A stretch of 62,303 nucleotides of DNA, the filler included. It is 7 parts of 7 records of this genome, joined end to end, with 100 filler letters (N's around TTAATTAATTAA, not from the genome) between each part and the next. Parts side by side here need not be neighbours in the genome. Positions count along the whole stretch, not along the records: positions 21,777 to 30,637 come from SRR31156797_62579; positions 30,738 to 47,879 come from SRR31156797_62620; 5 more parts are not named here. One strand, written 5' to 3'. Positions 29,103 to 39,403 of this stretch are shown piece after piece. Made by a program: the position numbers and the translations under genes. The notes under the pieces were generated by a model. The model worked only from the letters and a program-made list of their open reading frames with translations, did no database searches and was not told where the DNA came from. Position 1 is the stretch's first letter; each line of letters starts with the position of its first letter.

Positions 29103-30637
29103 ATGTTAGATAATATAAAAAACAAATTTGAAGAAATGAAAGTAAAACACGTTCTTGCCGGAAGTTTTGCTATACTATTATTATTCACTGTTATCGTAGG
29201 ATTCAGCGGTTACAGTGGAATGCAAGGTGTTGATGACAGGGTTGTCAAAGCAGATAATATGAACAGTCTGGTTAAATTCATGAAAGATGCACGTTTTTCT
29301 GAAGCAAATTACCAGCTGAGCTATGATAGTTCCTATGCAACAGAAGTTAATGATCATGTTAATGAAATAGTAGCTGAGGCCGAATCCTCCAAGGATATTT
29401 TCACCGATCCTGCAAATGATCAGCAGATGGATGATGTTCAGGCAGCAGCTTTGAAATACGAAACTGCATTCAATAACTATGTTGAACTTGAGAATCAGAA
29501 AGAAGAGGCTGAAGTAACCCTGGTAGAGCATGGTTTGATTCTTGAAGAACTAATAACTGAAGTACTTGTCAGTCAGGATGAAGACTATGTCCAGGCACTT
29601 GAACAAAATGCAAATAATGCTGTTCTTGAAGAAGAGTTTGAAAACGTAGAATATGCAAACCAACTTCTTCAGCTAAATCTTGAATCAAGAGGTGAAAGAC
29701 TGCGCTTTATGCTGCATGTTGATCACCAGTATGCAGAGAATGTCAACAATATAATGGAAGAGATCATAGTAATCTCAGAAACCCTCGACTCGAGGTTCCA
29801 GAACCCCGAAGATAAGGCAAAAGTCGAGGCAATAATTGCAGCAGCAACTCTCTATAAGTCTGATTTCAATAATTATGCTTCATATGCAGAAGAACAAGTT
29901 CTTGTGAGTGAGGAAATGCATGAAGCTGCAACAGAAGTCCAGATCATAACCGAAGAGGCACGCGCAGATCAAAAAGAAAAGATGGAAGAGGAAATGACAA
30001 GCTCTCTTCAGCTCATGATCATTGCGATTGTCGTGGCTGTGATACTGGGTGCTGTTATGGCTGTTTTTATCATACAAATGCTTACCAGATCTATCAATGA
30101 GGTTGTTGATGCAGCAAACAGAGTTGCTGATGGTGATCTTACAGTCGAGATAGAAGATGCAGCTGACAATGAACTAGGTCAGCTTTCCAATGCCATTAAG
30201 AAAATGGTGGGAAATCTCAGCGACATAATATCTGATGTTCAGAATGGTGCTTCAAAGGTAGCTTCCACATCACAGGAGATCTCAGCATCATCTGAAGAAG
30301 TAACAGCTTCATCAAGTCAGATATCAGAGACAGTTACAGAAATCTCCAGTGGGGCGCAGATCCAGTCTTCAAAAGCAATGGAAGTTTCCAGTGCAATGAA
30401 CGACATGTCAATAAGTGTTCAGGAAATTGCTTCCAATGCCCAGAACGCTGCTCAGAATGCAAGTATGGCAAGTGATACTATCAAGAATATCGGTAGTGAA
30501 TCAGAAAAGCTTCTTACCCAGATGGATGAGATCCAGAATGCAGTCACAGATTCAGCCAATGTCATTCGTGATCTGGACGGAAAATCAAAGCAAATAGGAG
30601 AGATTGTAAGTCTCATTACCTCTATTGCTGATCAAAC
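29103..30637 (+). CDS. Methyl-accepting chemotaxis protein (HBM-like sensor, HAMP), 3'-truncated
   Basis: Two TM helices, HAMP (VADGDLT..NELGQL), ends IGEIVSLITSIADQ at the contig edge. Confidence 0.92.
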
Positions 30638-30737
30638 NNNNNNNNNNNNNNNNNNNNNNNNNNNNNNNNNNNNNNNNNNNNTTAATTAATTAANNNNNNN
30701 NNNNNNNNNNNNNNNNNNNNNNNNNNNNNNNNNNNNN

Positions 30738-31864
30738 TACCCGTTAAAAAACAACCGGCGCCAGGAAAAGCGCCCGGCATTGTCCGTTTTTTCAACGATC
30801 TCTCCCCCATGCCGCCGTTCCATCCGCTTCTTAAGATGAATCCGTGCAAGATAGGTAAATGGCGGGCGGATGGGCCTGACGGAACCGCCCATGGTTTTTT
30901 CGGGTTCAAACAGAAGATCAAGGAGATGGTCTGTTTGAACGGATTTTCCGAGCAGGGCGCAGCATCCGGCGCAATAGGTGATGATCCGGCGGGTTCCGGC
31001 CTCCTGTCTTTTGACGCTTCCCCAATGGGAGGCCAGGCCGGGGGCAATGGGAAACACCGTTCCCCCTTCACCGCAGCAGGTGGTATTTTCCCGGGAGTGG
31101 AACATTTCCTGGATGACAAGCCCCTGATCCCTGACCAGCTTCCGCACACTGTCATGGATGCCGGGTTCAAATCGTGTGACGCAAGGATCGTGGATGGTCA
31201 CCGCACCCGATATTTTCCCGGCCGGGGAGACCCCGTTTTCCCCGAGGAGCTCGTAGACGGAAACGGTGGTCAGGGTCCCGGCATGGGTGGAAAAGACCTT
31301 GTGACAGTTCGGGCAGGCGGTGATGACGGTTTTAACACCATGCTCCACCAGTAAATTCTCCAGTGCGGCAAAACGGGTACGAAAAAAATCGTCCCGGCCA
31401 AGGTCATGGGAAGGCTTGGCGCAGCAGTCAAGCACAAGGCCGGTGTCCGGCATCTTCTCCCTCAGCCAGGCGTATACCTGCTCGGTCCTTCCGGGCCGTG
31501 TTCCGGTAAAAGTGCAGCCGGGGAAAAAAACCGCGGAGCAGCCTTCAGGGAGCCGGTAGAGGGAATAACGTCCGGAAAGCCCCTTCCTTTCATAGGCGAG
31601 AATGCCCCTGTGTGACGGCAGCACTTCGCCGGTTGCGGCAAACACCCTGCTTCGCATGTTAAGAAAGGTGCTGCACGGATCCAGATCCCTGGGGCAGAGG
31701 GCCGTACAAAGACCGCACAGGCTGCACTCGAATGGGATGAATTCATGGCGATTGCCGACGGACAGCTCCCGTATGATCTCTCCCGGATTCCCGTATTTTT
31801 GAAGAAATGCGCACTCTCTGACACAAACGTTGCACCCGACACACCCCTCTGCAAGTTCTTTCAT
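30738..31864 (-). CDS. (Fe-S)-binding CCG-domain oxidoreductase (GlpC/HdrD-like), 3' end at contig edge
   Basis: CVGCNVCVREC, CSLCGLCTALCP, FFPGC, CCAKP, TACPNC, HDPC, CCGEGG, YCAGC. Confidence 0.9.
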
Positions 31865-32001
31865 GGTTCCTCTGGCGTCACATGGACGGCTTCATATTTT
31901 TCCGTATCAATAGCCGGTGGGGCTGATTTCCGTGTTACCGCAAAGGCAACGGCCACGGCGATCAAGACGGCGACGATCACCATTGATTGTTTTCTTTTCA
32001 A
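31861..32001 (-). CDS. 46-aa single-TM small protein absent from the ORF track
   Basis: AAGGAGG RBS, TTG start, MKRKQSMVIVAVLIAVAVAFAVTRKSAPPAIDTEKYEAVHVTPEEP; ATGA overlap with the Fe-S gene. Confidence 0.6.
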   Translation of the reverse strand: MKRKQSMVIVAVLIAVAVAFAVTRKSAPPAIDTEKYEAVHVTPEEP

Positions 32002-32025
32002 CCGACCTCCTTTACCGGTCCATAT

Positions 32026-32712
32026 TCAGTTGGAAACCCGTTCGTTTTTTTTGCTGGCCCGGATTTTTCCGAGCAGGACCATCAGCACACCGAAGGCAGA
32101 AAGGACCAAAAGCCCCATGATACATTTCCGGGCACCGCCCACCATCATCTCTCCGGCATAGGAGTAGATGATGGTTGCCGGAAGCTGACCGACACCGGTT
32201 GCCCAAAAGAAGGACCGGAATCCCATGGAGGTGAGCCCTGCGGCATAACTGACAATGTCAAAGGAGATAAAGGGAAGCAGCCTTGCAATGAGGATCGCGT
32301 ACTGGCCATGCTGTCTGAAAAAATCATCGACATTTTGAAGGGCCGGTCGGGAAGTCAGTTTCTCAACCGTACTCCGGCCGAACCGGCTAGCGATATAAAA
32401 GCAAAACGCCGCCCCGGCCATGGCGCTTGACCATGAAAGGATGGCGCCCTTGATCCAGCCGAACAGGGCCGCATTGGCGAAGGTGATCAGGAATGCCGGC
32501 AGGGGCGCCACCACCGATTGAAAAACCATTAACAGAAAAGAGACCACAGGCGCCCAAATCCCAAAGGAAAGGATATACCCCTTGATGGACGCCACATCGT
32601 ACAGGCCGAACAGAAAAAACAGCTGTTCCATGGTATCCCGTACGGGTTTCACCAGAATACAAATGGGAAGAACGCAAGCCGCGATTGCTATAATGATCCT
32701 GTTCTTTGTCAA
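32026..32712 (-). CDS. ydjZ: TVP38/TMEM64 (VTT/DedA-like) membrane protein, YdjZ-like
   Basis: FQSVVAPLPAFLITFANAALFG, ARLLPFISFDIVSYAAGLT, GQLPATIIYS. Confidence 0.85.
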   Translation of the reverse strand: MTKNRIIIAIAACVLPICILVKPVRDTMEQLFFLFGLYDVASIKGYILSFGIWAPVVSFLLMVFQSVVAPLPAFLITFANAALFGWIKGAILSWSSAMAGAAFCFYIASRFGRSTVEKLTSRPALQNVDDFFRQHGQYAILIARLLPFISFDIVSYAAGLTSMGFRSFFWATGVGQLPATIIYSYAGEMMVGGARKCIMGLLVLSAFGVLMVLLGKIRASKKNERVSN

Positions 32713-32826
32713 CGATCACCTGTATGTTTGAAACGGTTAGCAGTTAAAACGAGGAATTATTGACAATGGGAGCCCTTAAGTCAAATCCATAATATTTATC
32801 AGGCAAACCGTATGAATCAAAAATTC

Positions 32827-33456
32827 CTATATGACACCCTGCCGTTCGCTCCGTTTCAGTGTCCGGTATCCGGCCGTCACCCGCAAGACGGTGGTAAACC
32901 AGCACAGGCCGGCAAAACACCAGGCCATCACGGTGAACCGGACCGGGAAAAGACACATGAAAACAAACAGGAGGATGGTTTCAGTGCCTTCGGTGATGCC
33001 GCCCAGGTAGTACAGGGACTTGTGGGGATAGGTCACGCTTTTGATCCCTGATTTTTCAGCCATGGCGGCAAAGGCGAGGAAGCTTGCGGCAGTGCCCATG
33101 AACGAAAAAATGAGTCCCGCGGCCGCCATGGCGTTCCGTTCCGGATCCGAAAGGGCGAACCCGAAGACCACGGCCGGGTAGAAAATAAAATCCAGGGTGA
33201 TGTCCAGAAATCCACCGGCATCGGAAGGGGCTGTCCTCCGTGCCAGGGCACCGTCCAATCCGTCCAGGATGCGGTTCATGAGGATCAGTGCCAGGGCCGC
33301 CGTGTACCTGTGAAGATAAAGCATGGGAACGGCGGCCATTCCCCCCATGAATCCCGCCACCGTGATCCGGTCGGGGGTCAGGCCCCACCCTTCGGCCTGT
33401 CTGGCCAAGAATTTCAGGGGCGGGGCGACAAGTTTGCCTGTCCAGGGGTCCAACAT
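32827..33456 (-). CDS. ynjF: CDP-alcohol phosphatidyltransferase family protein, YnjF-like
   Basis: NRILDGLDGALAR..GGFLDITLDF motif; YYLGGITEGTET. Confidence 0.88.
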   Translation of the reverse strand: MLDPWTGKLVAPPLKFLARQAEGWGLTPDRITVAGFMGGMAAVPMLYLHRYTAALALILMNRILDGLDGALARRTAPSDAGGFLDITLDFIFYPAVVFGFALSDPERNAMAAAGLIFSFMGTAASFLAFAAMAEKSGIKSVTYPHKSLYYLGGITEGTETILLFVFMCLFPVRFTVMAWCFAGLCWFTTVLRVTAGYRTLKRSERQGVI

Positions 33457-34100
33457 GAAGATGTCCTTTCGTTCGGGGTCATAAGATTGATGCAAGGGCC
33501 CCCCGCCATGTCACCGGGGTCGTGGGTAACCAGGAGGGCCGGGATATTCATATTTTTCACCTGACCGAACACAAAGGCCCGGATCTGCTCCCTGAGTCCC
33601 TGGTCCAGCCGGGAAAAGGGTTCATCCAGCAGCAGGGCCCGGGGTCGGGCCAGGAGGGTCCTGAGCAGACTTACCCGGGCCCGCTGCCCCCCGGACAGGG
33701 TGGCCGGGTCCCGGTGTTCAAATCCTTCCAGCCCCGCCTGCCCGAGGGCGCCCCTGACTTTTTCCGCCTTCAGGCGGCGGGGCATGGTGGCGGGCAGGGC
33801 AAAGGCCAGGTTGCCGCCGATGCTCATGTGGGGGAAAAGCAGGTCGTCCTGGAAAAGAATGCCGATCCGCCGGCGTTCCATGGGGAGTCTTCCCATGGCG
33901 CGCCCTTGAAGAAGAATCTCTCCCCCACAGACAAAGTCTCCGGGCAGATTACCGCAAATGGCGGACAAAAGGGTGGATTTTCCGCATCCGGAGGCGCCCA
34001 TGACCGTGGCGGTCTCCCCGGGAGCGATGGAAAGGGATACGGGCCGGAACAGGGCCTTGCCTTTCCGGGTGATTTGTACATTCTTCAGTTCCAGTGGCAT
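33414..34100 (-). CDS. ynjD: ABC transporter ATP-binding protein, YnjD-like
   Basis: GASGCGKST, FQDDLLFPH, LSGGQRARV, LLLDEPFS. Confidence 0.9.
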   Translation of the reverse strand: MPLELKNVQITRKGKALFRPVSLSIAPGETATVMGASGCGKSTLLSAICGNLPGDFVCGGEILLQGRAMGRLPMERRRIGILFQDDLLFPHMSIGGNLAFALPATMPRRLKAEKVRGALGQAGLEGFEHRDPATLSGGQRARVSLLRTLLARPRALLLDEPFSRLDQGLREQIRAFVFGQVKNMNIPALLVTHDPGDMAGGPCINLMTPNERTSSCWTPGQANLSPRP

Positions 34101-34134
34101 CTGTTCACTCCTGACGGTATGGCGTCATGATCGT

Positions 34135-35898
34135 TCATCTCTGCATCTCCCGCCGGTGCCTGAAGATCCGTTTGGGAACAAATATGGCCAGAAAATAGAT
34201 TCCCATGGGGATCAGCTGTTGAAACAGGGCATAAACCGCGGCCACACGGCGATCGGAACCGGCGGCCAGGGTGACCACCTCCGTGGTGACGGTGGCAAAC
34301 CGCCCGGCCCCGATAAACAGGGTCGGAATGTACTGGGCCACGCTCACGGAAAAGCCCACGGCAAGGGAAAAAAACACCGGCCGGATCAACATGGGCAGCT
34401 TCACCCTGAAAAAGGCTTGGACGGGCGACCCGCACAAAAGGGTGGCGGCGGTCGTCATCCGCCGGTCAAAACTGCGATAAGTCCCCCCAAGGGTGAGGAA
34501 GATATAGGGCAGCACAAAAAGGATATGGCCCCCCACAAGTCCCGCCGGGCTTGCGTCCAGCCGGCACCATACAAACACCGCCTGTACGCCGAAGATAAAC
34601 GCCACCTGGGGCAACAGCAGGGGCAGGTAGATGACGGCCATGTACTTCCGGAATCTGTCGGCAGCCGCCCCGGAAAGGGTTCCTTCGTACTCCAGGCAGC
34701 CCATGACCAGCACAAGGCCCGTGACGGCCGCGGCCAATCCGGTTAACAGGGTCGTGAGCAAGGGGCCCTTGACGGAATAAAGGCTTTTTTCCCAGAACCG
34801 GGTGGACCACCGTTCCGGCAACGCGTCCGGAAATCCCCACCGCCAGGTGAAGGACCAGATCACAAGGACCGCCACGGCCATGACGGACACCCCGATCAAC
34901 GTCATCACCAGCAAGCGTCCCAAGGGCGTCACGGCGGTGAGCAACGTTTTCCGCCGTCCGTCCGCCATGCGCGGTCCCAACAGCCGGACAACCGCCTTTT
35001 CCAGAAAAAATGCCAGCAGCAGGCTTCCCAGCACCAGTCCCAAAAGCAGGGTGGCGCCGGCCGCCCCCATGGCCCGGGCCTCCATGGCGGGATCATTGAA
35101 CCATTGAAGCACCAGCACCTGAAGGTTGGGAGGGGTCGTCGGCCCCAGGATCATGGAAAGGTCCACCACGGACAGGGAATAGGCGATCACGGCGTAAAGG
35201 GAAAGCCGCATCCGGGGAAACAGCTGCGGCAGAAAAATCTTAAGACGAATCTGGGCCGGCTCGTACCCCAGGCTCCGGCCCACGGCCATGGTTCCCCTGT
35301 AATCGATCTGCTGCAAGGCCCCGGCCATCACCAGGATCAGGAACGGGGTCTCCTTGAATATCAGGGCAATCATCAGGGTGATACCATGGGGATCCTTGGG
35401 AACCATCCACGCCGGGGGCAGGTCAAACCCGGTGAGCCCCGGGGAGACCATTCGCACCAGCCATCCCCCGGGGGAAACAAGAAAGGAAAAACCAACCGCA
35501 AAGGCGGCATGGGGAACGGAGATCACCGGCGCCAGCATTTTTTCAAGCCCCGCCCAGGTCCGGCCCCCGTAATTCAAAGCAAACAAAAGCCCCGACAGAA
35601 GAAACGCCCCCAGGGCCGCTCCCCATCCCGACACCAGTGTGGACAAAACCGCCGCCGGAGTGGCCGGATGATTGAACAGCCCGGTCCAGGGCGCCAGGGT
35701 GAACACCGTATCGCCCATGGCCGGCAGGTATCCCAGGGAGGGAAGCCAGGTTCCCAAAAGACCGGCCCCCACCGTGACAGAAAAAAGGACGAAAACCATC
35801 CCGGGAAACACCCCCAAAAGCAAACTCCCGGGACGGCTTGAAGACAGCTGCGGCAGGACCGTCACGGTCGGCCTTATTTCCGGTACCGGCGCTGCCAT
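34135..35898 (-). CDS. ynjC: ABC transporter permease (duplicated), YnjC-like
   Basis: ISVPHAAFAVG, KETPF, AYSLSVVD, SVAQYIPTLFIGAGR. Confidence 0.88.
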   Translation of the reverse strand: MAAPVPEIRPTVTVLPQLSSSRPGSLLLGVFPGMVFVLFSVTVGAGLLGTWLPSLGYLPAMGDTVFTLAPWTGLFNHPATPAAVLSTLVSGWGAALGAFLLSGLLFALNYGGRTWAGLEKMLAPVISVPHAAFAVGFSFLVSPGGWLVRMVSPGLTGFDLPPAWMVPKDPHGITLMIALIFKETPFLILVMAGALQQIDYRGTMAVGRSLGYEPAQIRLKIFLPQLFPRMRLSLYAVIAYSLSVVDLSMILGPTTPPNLQVLVLQWFNDPAMEARAMGAAGATLLLGLVLGSLLLAFFLEKAVVRLLGPRMADGRRKTLLTAVTPLGRLLVMTLIGVSVMAVAVLVIWSFTWRWGFPDALPERWSTRFWEKSLYSVKGPLLTTLLTGLAAAVTGLVLVMGCLEYEGTLSGAAADRFRKYMAVIYLPLLLPQVAFIFGVQAVFVWCRLDASPAGLVGGHILFVLPYIFLTLGGTYRSFDRRMTTAATLLCGSPVQAFFRVKLPMLIRPVFFSLAVGFSVSVAQYIPTLFIGAGRFATVTTEVVTLAAGSDRRVAAVYALFQQLIPMGIYFLAIFVPKRIFRHRREMQR

Positions 35899-37070
35899 GC
35901 GTTTTCCAGGGCCTCCACCCAGGTAACATGGGGTTCCGGCAACACGTTGGCAAGCGCCTCCGGGGGAAGGGCCGCTTCGGACAACGGAATATTTTCAAAC
36001 AGGGCCCGGTCACCGGGAGAAAGCCGGGAAAGGTTTAAAACCGTGGGGTCGCCCCATACCGCAGGATCCGCTTTCCGGGCCTGGGCCCGGGGAGAGAGAA
36101 GGAAATTGATAAACACCATGGCCCCTTCCACGGCGGATGCGTTATAGGGAATCGCCAGAAAATGAGTGTTACCGATGGTGCCGCCCCGGTGAACACTGGT
36201 ACGGATGGATTCAGGCAGTTCGCCGTTTGAGATGGCGTTGGCCCCTTCATTGGGGTTGAAGCTCAGGGAAAGAAAAATCTCACTGTCATTAAGCAGCTGC
36301 ATCATCTCCGGAGCACCGTTGGGAAAAACCTTTCCCCTGCACCACATCAGGGGATGGAGCCGGTCCAGGAACCGCCACAGGGGTGCGGTCACCGTATTGA
36401 AATCGGCTTCGGAAACGGACCGTCCAAGGACTTCCGGGGTATCCGTCAGCTCCAGGAGCGCCTGTTTGACAAAGGTGGTGCCGTAAAAATCGGGCAGCGC
36501 CGGGTATGTGACCCTGCCGGGATGCTTTTGGGCCAAGGCCAGGAGCTCTTCCATGCTGCCGGGGGCTGCCTGGATCTGCCGGGTGTCATGGAGAAACACC
36601 AGCATGGCCATGCCCCACGGGGCTTCCATGTTATCCACGGGCACGGTGAAATCAACCAGGATAGCGGGGTTGTTCTCCTTATCCACCAAGGAATAAGCGG
36701 GCAGCTGATCCGTGAAAGGGCCGTACAAAAGCCGATGATTCTTCATGGCCCTGAAGTTCTCCCCGTTGATCCACATGAGATCCACACTGCCCTTGTCATT
36801 GCGGCCGGAGGACTTTTCCCCCAGAATCCGGGAAACCACCTCCCCCAAATCCGTGACCTTCACATGGACCACCCGGATGCCATAGACCTTTTTCACCTCT
36901 TTTCCGGCCCAGGAGATATAATCATTGACCGCCTGGGAGCCCCCCCAGCCATTGAAATAGACGGTCTGCCCCCGGGCCCCTTCGACAATGTCGCGCCATT
37001 CCCGGGCCAGGGACGGTTCTGCGTAACAAAAGATCATGAGCGCGGCCAGCATACGCAACAATTGTTTCAT
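35874..37070 (-). CDS. ynjB: ABC transporter substrate-binding protein, YnjB-like
   Basis: GQTVYFNGWGGS, VDLMWINGENF, GTIGNTHFLAIPYN, WGDPTVL. Confidence 0.88.
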   Translation of the reverse strand: MKQLLRMLAALMIFCYAEPSLAREWRDIVEGARGQTVYFNGWGGSQAVNDYISWAGKEVKKVYGIRVVHVKVTDLGEVVSRILGEKSSGRNDKGSVDLMWINGENFRAMKNHRLLYGPFTDQLPAYSLVDKENNPAILVDFTVPVDNMEAPWGMAMLVFLHDTRQIQAAPGSMEELLALAQKHPGRVTYPALPDFYGTTFVKQALLELTDTPEVLGRSVSEADFNTVTAPLWRFLDRLHPLMWCRGKVFPNGAPEMMQLLNDSEIFLSLSFNPNEGANAISNGELPESIRTSVHRGGTIGNTHFLAIPYNASAVEGAMVFINFLLSPRAQARKADPAVWGDPTVLNLSRLSPGDRALFENIPLSEAALPPEALANVLPEPHVTWVEALENAWQRRYRK

Positions 37071-37202
37071 GGTTCCCCCACGGATGATAAATTCATTGGT
37101 TGGCCCACATCATCCCCATATCCGGCCGTTTGTCAAGTTATTGTTTTTCCCGGCTCGCAGGAATGACAGATACAAGCACCAGACGAATCATTCAAGGCAT
37201 AT

Positions 37203-37817
37203 TTAACGTTTTGGGACTTTCCCCTTTTGGGCCAGAAGGCTTTCATCCGGTACAAGATGGGCGTCCACATATCTTGCAAGGATCTCTGCGGATTCGGAAG
37301 GAGGGGGCACGATGAGATAGGTATCAATGATCGCATGGGCAAATTCGTGGGACAGCATGCCGGCATGGAGGTCATTGAGCTGGATATAGATGGATTTTTT
37401 TTTATGGACATACCAGGAGCGAACCTGGCATTCCTGCTTGAACAATTGATAAAAAGCGTCGTCCAGCTGGCGTTTATCCTGGAACACCCGAATGTGAACC
37501 AAACCGCCAGGCCGTCTCATTCCAAGGAGATCCTGGGCCCTTGTAAAAATGGCATCGATCTTTGTCTTCAGGATCTGATGGGGATTTTTGATCCCCCCCG
37601 AATCAACGGACGGAACCGGATACTTCAGTTTTTTATTCAGCGTTAACAGATCCTCAGGATCCTGGTAATGGATGACACTGAATTTCGTTTCAATTATCTG
37701 CCCTTCCGTGCCCATTGGGCTGTCGATGTTACCAAAAGCAGCTCCGGGATTCAGGGTTATAAAAAAAATAAGAAGATGGGCGGTGATTGCCTTGACGGCA
37801 CTTGCATACGGTGTCAT
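37203..37817 (-). CDS. Exported protein with a HExxH zincin-like motif
   Basis: Signal-like N-terminus; LSHEFAHAI followed by a downstream E (SAEILA). Confidence 0.7.
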   Translation of the reverse strand: MTPYASAVKAITAHLLIFFITLNPGAAFGNIDSPMGTEGQIIETKFSVIHYQDPEDLLTLNKKLKYPVPSVDSGGIKNPHQILKTKIDAIFTRAQDLLGMRRPGGLVHIRVFQDKRQLDDAFYQLFKQECQVRSWYVHKKKSIYIQLNDLHAGMLSHEFAHAIIDTYLIVPPPSESAEILARYVDAHLVPDESLLAQKGKVPKR

Positions 37818-38089
37818 ATCGGATGGAATCGTCTTTGTTTACCAGGACATGGCGCTGATTGGGATTGTGGTTATATCCGGCCGGCATCGTGTACCTGCAT
37901 TATGTGTCAATTCAACGGGACCAAAGGCTCGTCGTCAATAAACCGATTGATATTATTACCATAATCACCTCTTCAGGGCAAACGATTTTATCGTCTATTG
38001 ACGTTTCGGGTCAAACAAGGCTACCATGGACCACTTTCAGCATTATGCTATTTAACCGCTGCATTTTTCTGACGGGTGGTATTCAATTT

Positions 38090-38716
38090 ATGCGAATTAT
38101 AATCGTAGATGATGATACAGGGCTGTTGCAATATTGTTCCCTTCTGCTGGGCGGAGAACCCGGCCTGGAGGTTGTCGGATCCTTTACGTCCGGGGAGGCG
38201 GCGATTGCCAGGCTGGTGGAATTGAAACCGGACATCCTCCTGGTGGATCTGGGACTTCCGGGAATTTCAGGAATTGACGTTATTGAAAAGGCCAAGGCCT
38301 TGTTGCCCGACCTTGAAATAATCGTCCACACGGTTTTCGGAGATCGTAAGAATGTGTTGCAGGCCCTGGAAAAAGGAGCGCTCGGGTATATTTTGAAAGG
38401 ATGTCGCCCCAATGAACTGGTAAAGGCCATCTACGACATTCTGGACGGCGGCGCTCCCATGAGCAAGCAGGTCGCCAGATCCGTAATCAGAGAGTTGCAA
38501 ACGAAAAAAGCCAAGCCTTTTTGTATTCTGACATCAAGGGAAACCGAAGTTCTGAAACTGATGGACAAGGGATGTAAATATTGCGAAATCGCAGAAATCC
38601 TGTGCATAAGCCCCCATACCGTTCACACCCATATCAAGCATATCTATGAGAAACTCCGGGCAAAAAACCGGAAAGAGGTCTTTTTGAAAGCCCGGAAAAA
38701 AGGCATTCTTTATTGA
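38090..38716 (+). CDS. NarL/LuxR-family response regulator
   Basis: MRIIIVDDD, LVDLGLPGISG, GYILK, LTSRETEVL..ISPHTVHTHIKHIYEKL. Confidence 0.93.
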   Translation: MRIIIVDDDTGLLQYCSLLLGGEPGLEVVGSFTSGEAAIARLVELKPDILLVDLGLPGISGIDVIEKAKALLPDLEIIVHTVFGDRKNVLQALEKGALGYILKGCRPNELVKAIYDILDGGAPMSKQVARSVIRELQTKKAKPFCILTSRETEVLKLMDKGCKYCEIAEILCISPHTVHTHIKHIYEKLRAKNRKEVFLKARKKGILY

Positions 38717-38720
38717 TACG

Positions 38721-38757
38721 AAAAATACCCTGAAAAATACCCTGAAAGGAGTATTTA
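38721..38757 (+). promoter_or_regulatory. Tandem AAAATACCCTGA repeat overlapping a NarL-like 7-2-7 box (TACCCTG-AA-AGGAGTA)
   Basis: Seen directly between the response regulator stop and the start of 38847..39191. Confidence 0.45.
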
Positions 38758-38846
38758 ATTTTCATGGGGCCACTCCTATATTATCAGTACACGGGCAAAA
38801 TGCTTCGCGTGTGTTTTTATAACCTTATACGATAAAGGGGGAGCTC

Positions 38847-39191
38847 ATGAAAACAGCAATTGTTGTCTTTTTGATTCTATTGTGTGGGGGAATATCCATG
38901 GCAGGCGACTTTGAACAGGGAAAATCCGAGTGCATTTATGCAAGCAGGATAGACCAGATGATTTCTTTTTATCAATCAAGGCTTTACTTGCTGGATTCAG
39001 AGTATCCGGTCCTGTCGGATATCGGTAAGGATGCCGTCAGGATGATCAGTTACCTCCAAAGCGAGAAAGAGATGCTGGTAAAAAGCATGGCGGAAAATAA
39101 AGTGGATTTCAGATCTGCAAAAATGAAGAGTTTCATCATGAAAAAAGCCAGAAACGAGGCATTGACCTATGAAGCCTACAGTTCTCCCTGA
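38847..39191 (+). CDS. Small exported hypothetical protein
   Basis: GGGGAG RBS, signal peptide, 114 aa. Confidence 0.75.
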   Translation: MKTAIVVFLILLCGGISMAGDFEQGKSECIYASRIDQMISFYQSRLYLLDSEYPVLSDIGKDAVRMISYLQSEKEMLVKSMAENKVDFRSAKMKSFIMKKARNEALTYEAYSSP

Positions 39192-39403
39192 TTCCGGGCA
39201 GTCCCGCCGGCCATTGAAATTGAACTGACCTTTGCTGTTTGCCACTCCACGAGCTTTTCCGCCCCGGATCGACTCGCTTTGTTTTAAGAGAAGCATGTTC
39301 TCACCATCATCGATGATCCGTTCGTTATCCCCCATGATGCCATTCGTTTGCAATGGCATCATGGGCCCCGTAACGGTGGGTAAGCCCTCCCCTAATGCCC
39401 GGC

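Noticed and set aside
31861-31863. TGA of the 46-aa ORF as a selenocysteine codon reading into the Fe-S gene
   Set aside because: The Fe-S gene is in a different frame (ATGA overlap), which is ordinary translational coupling
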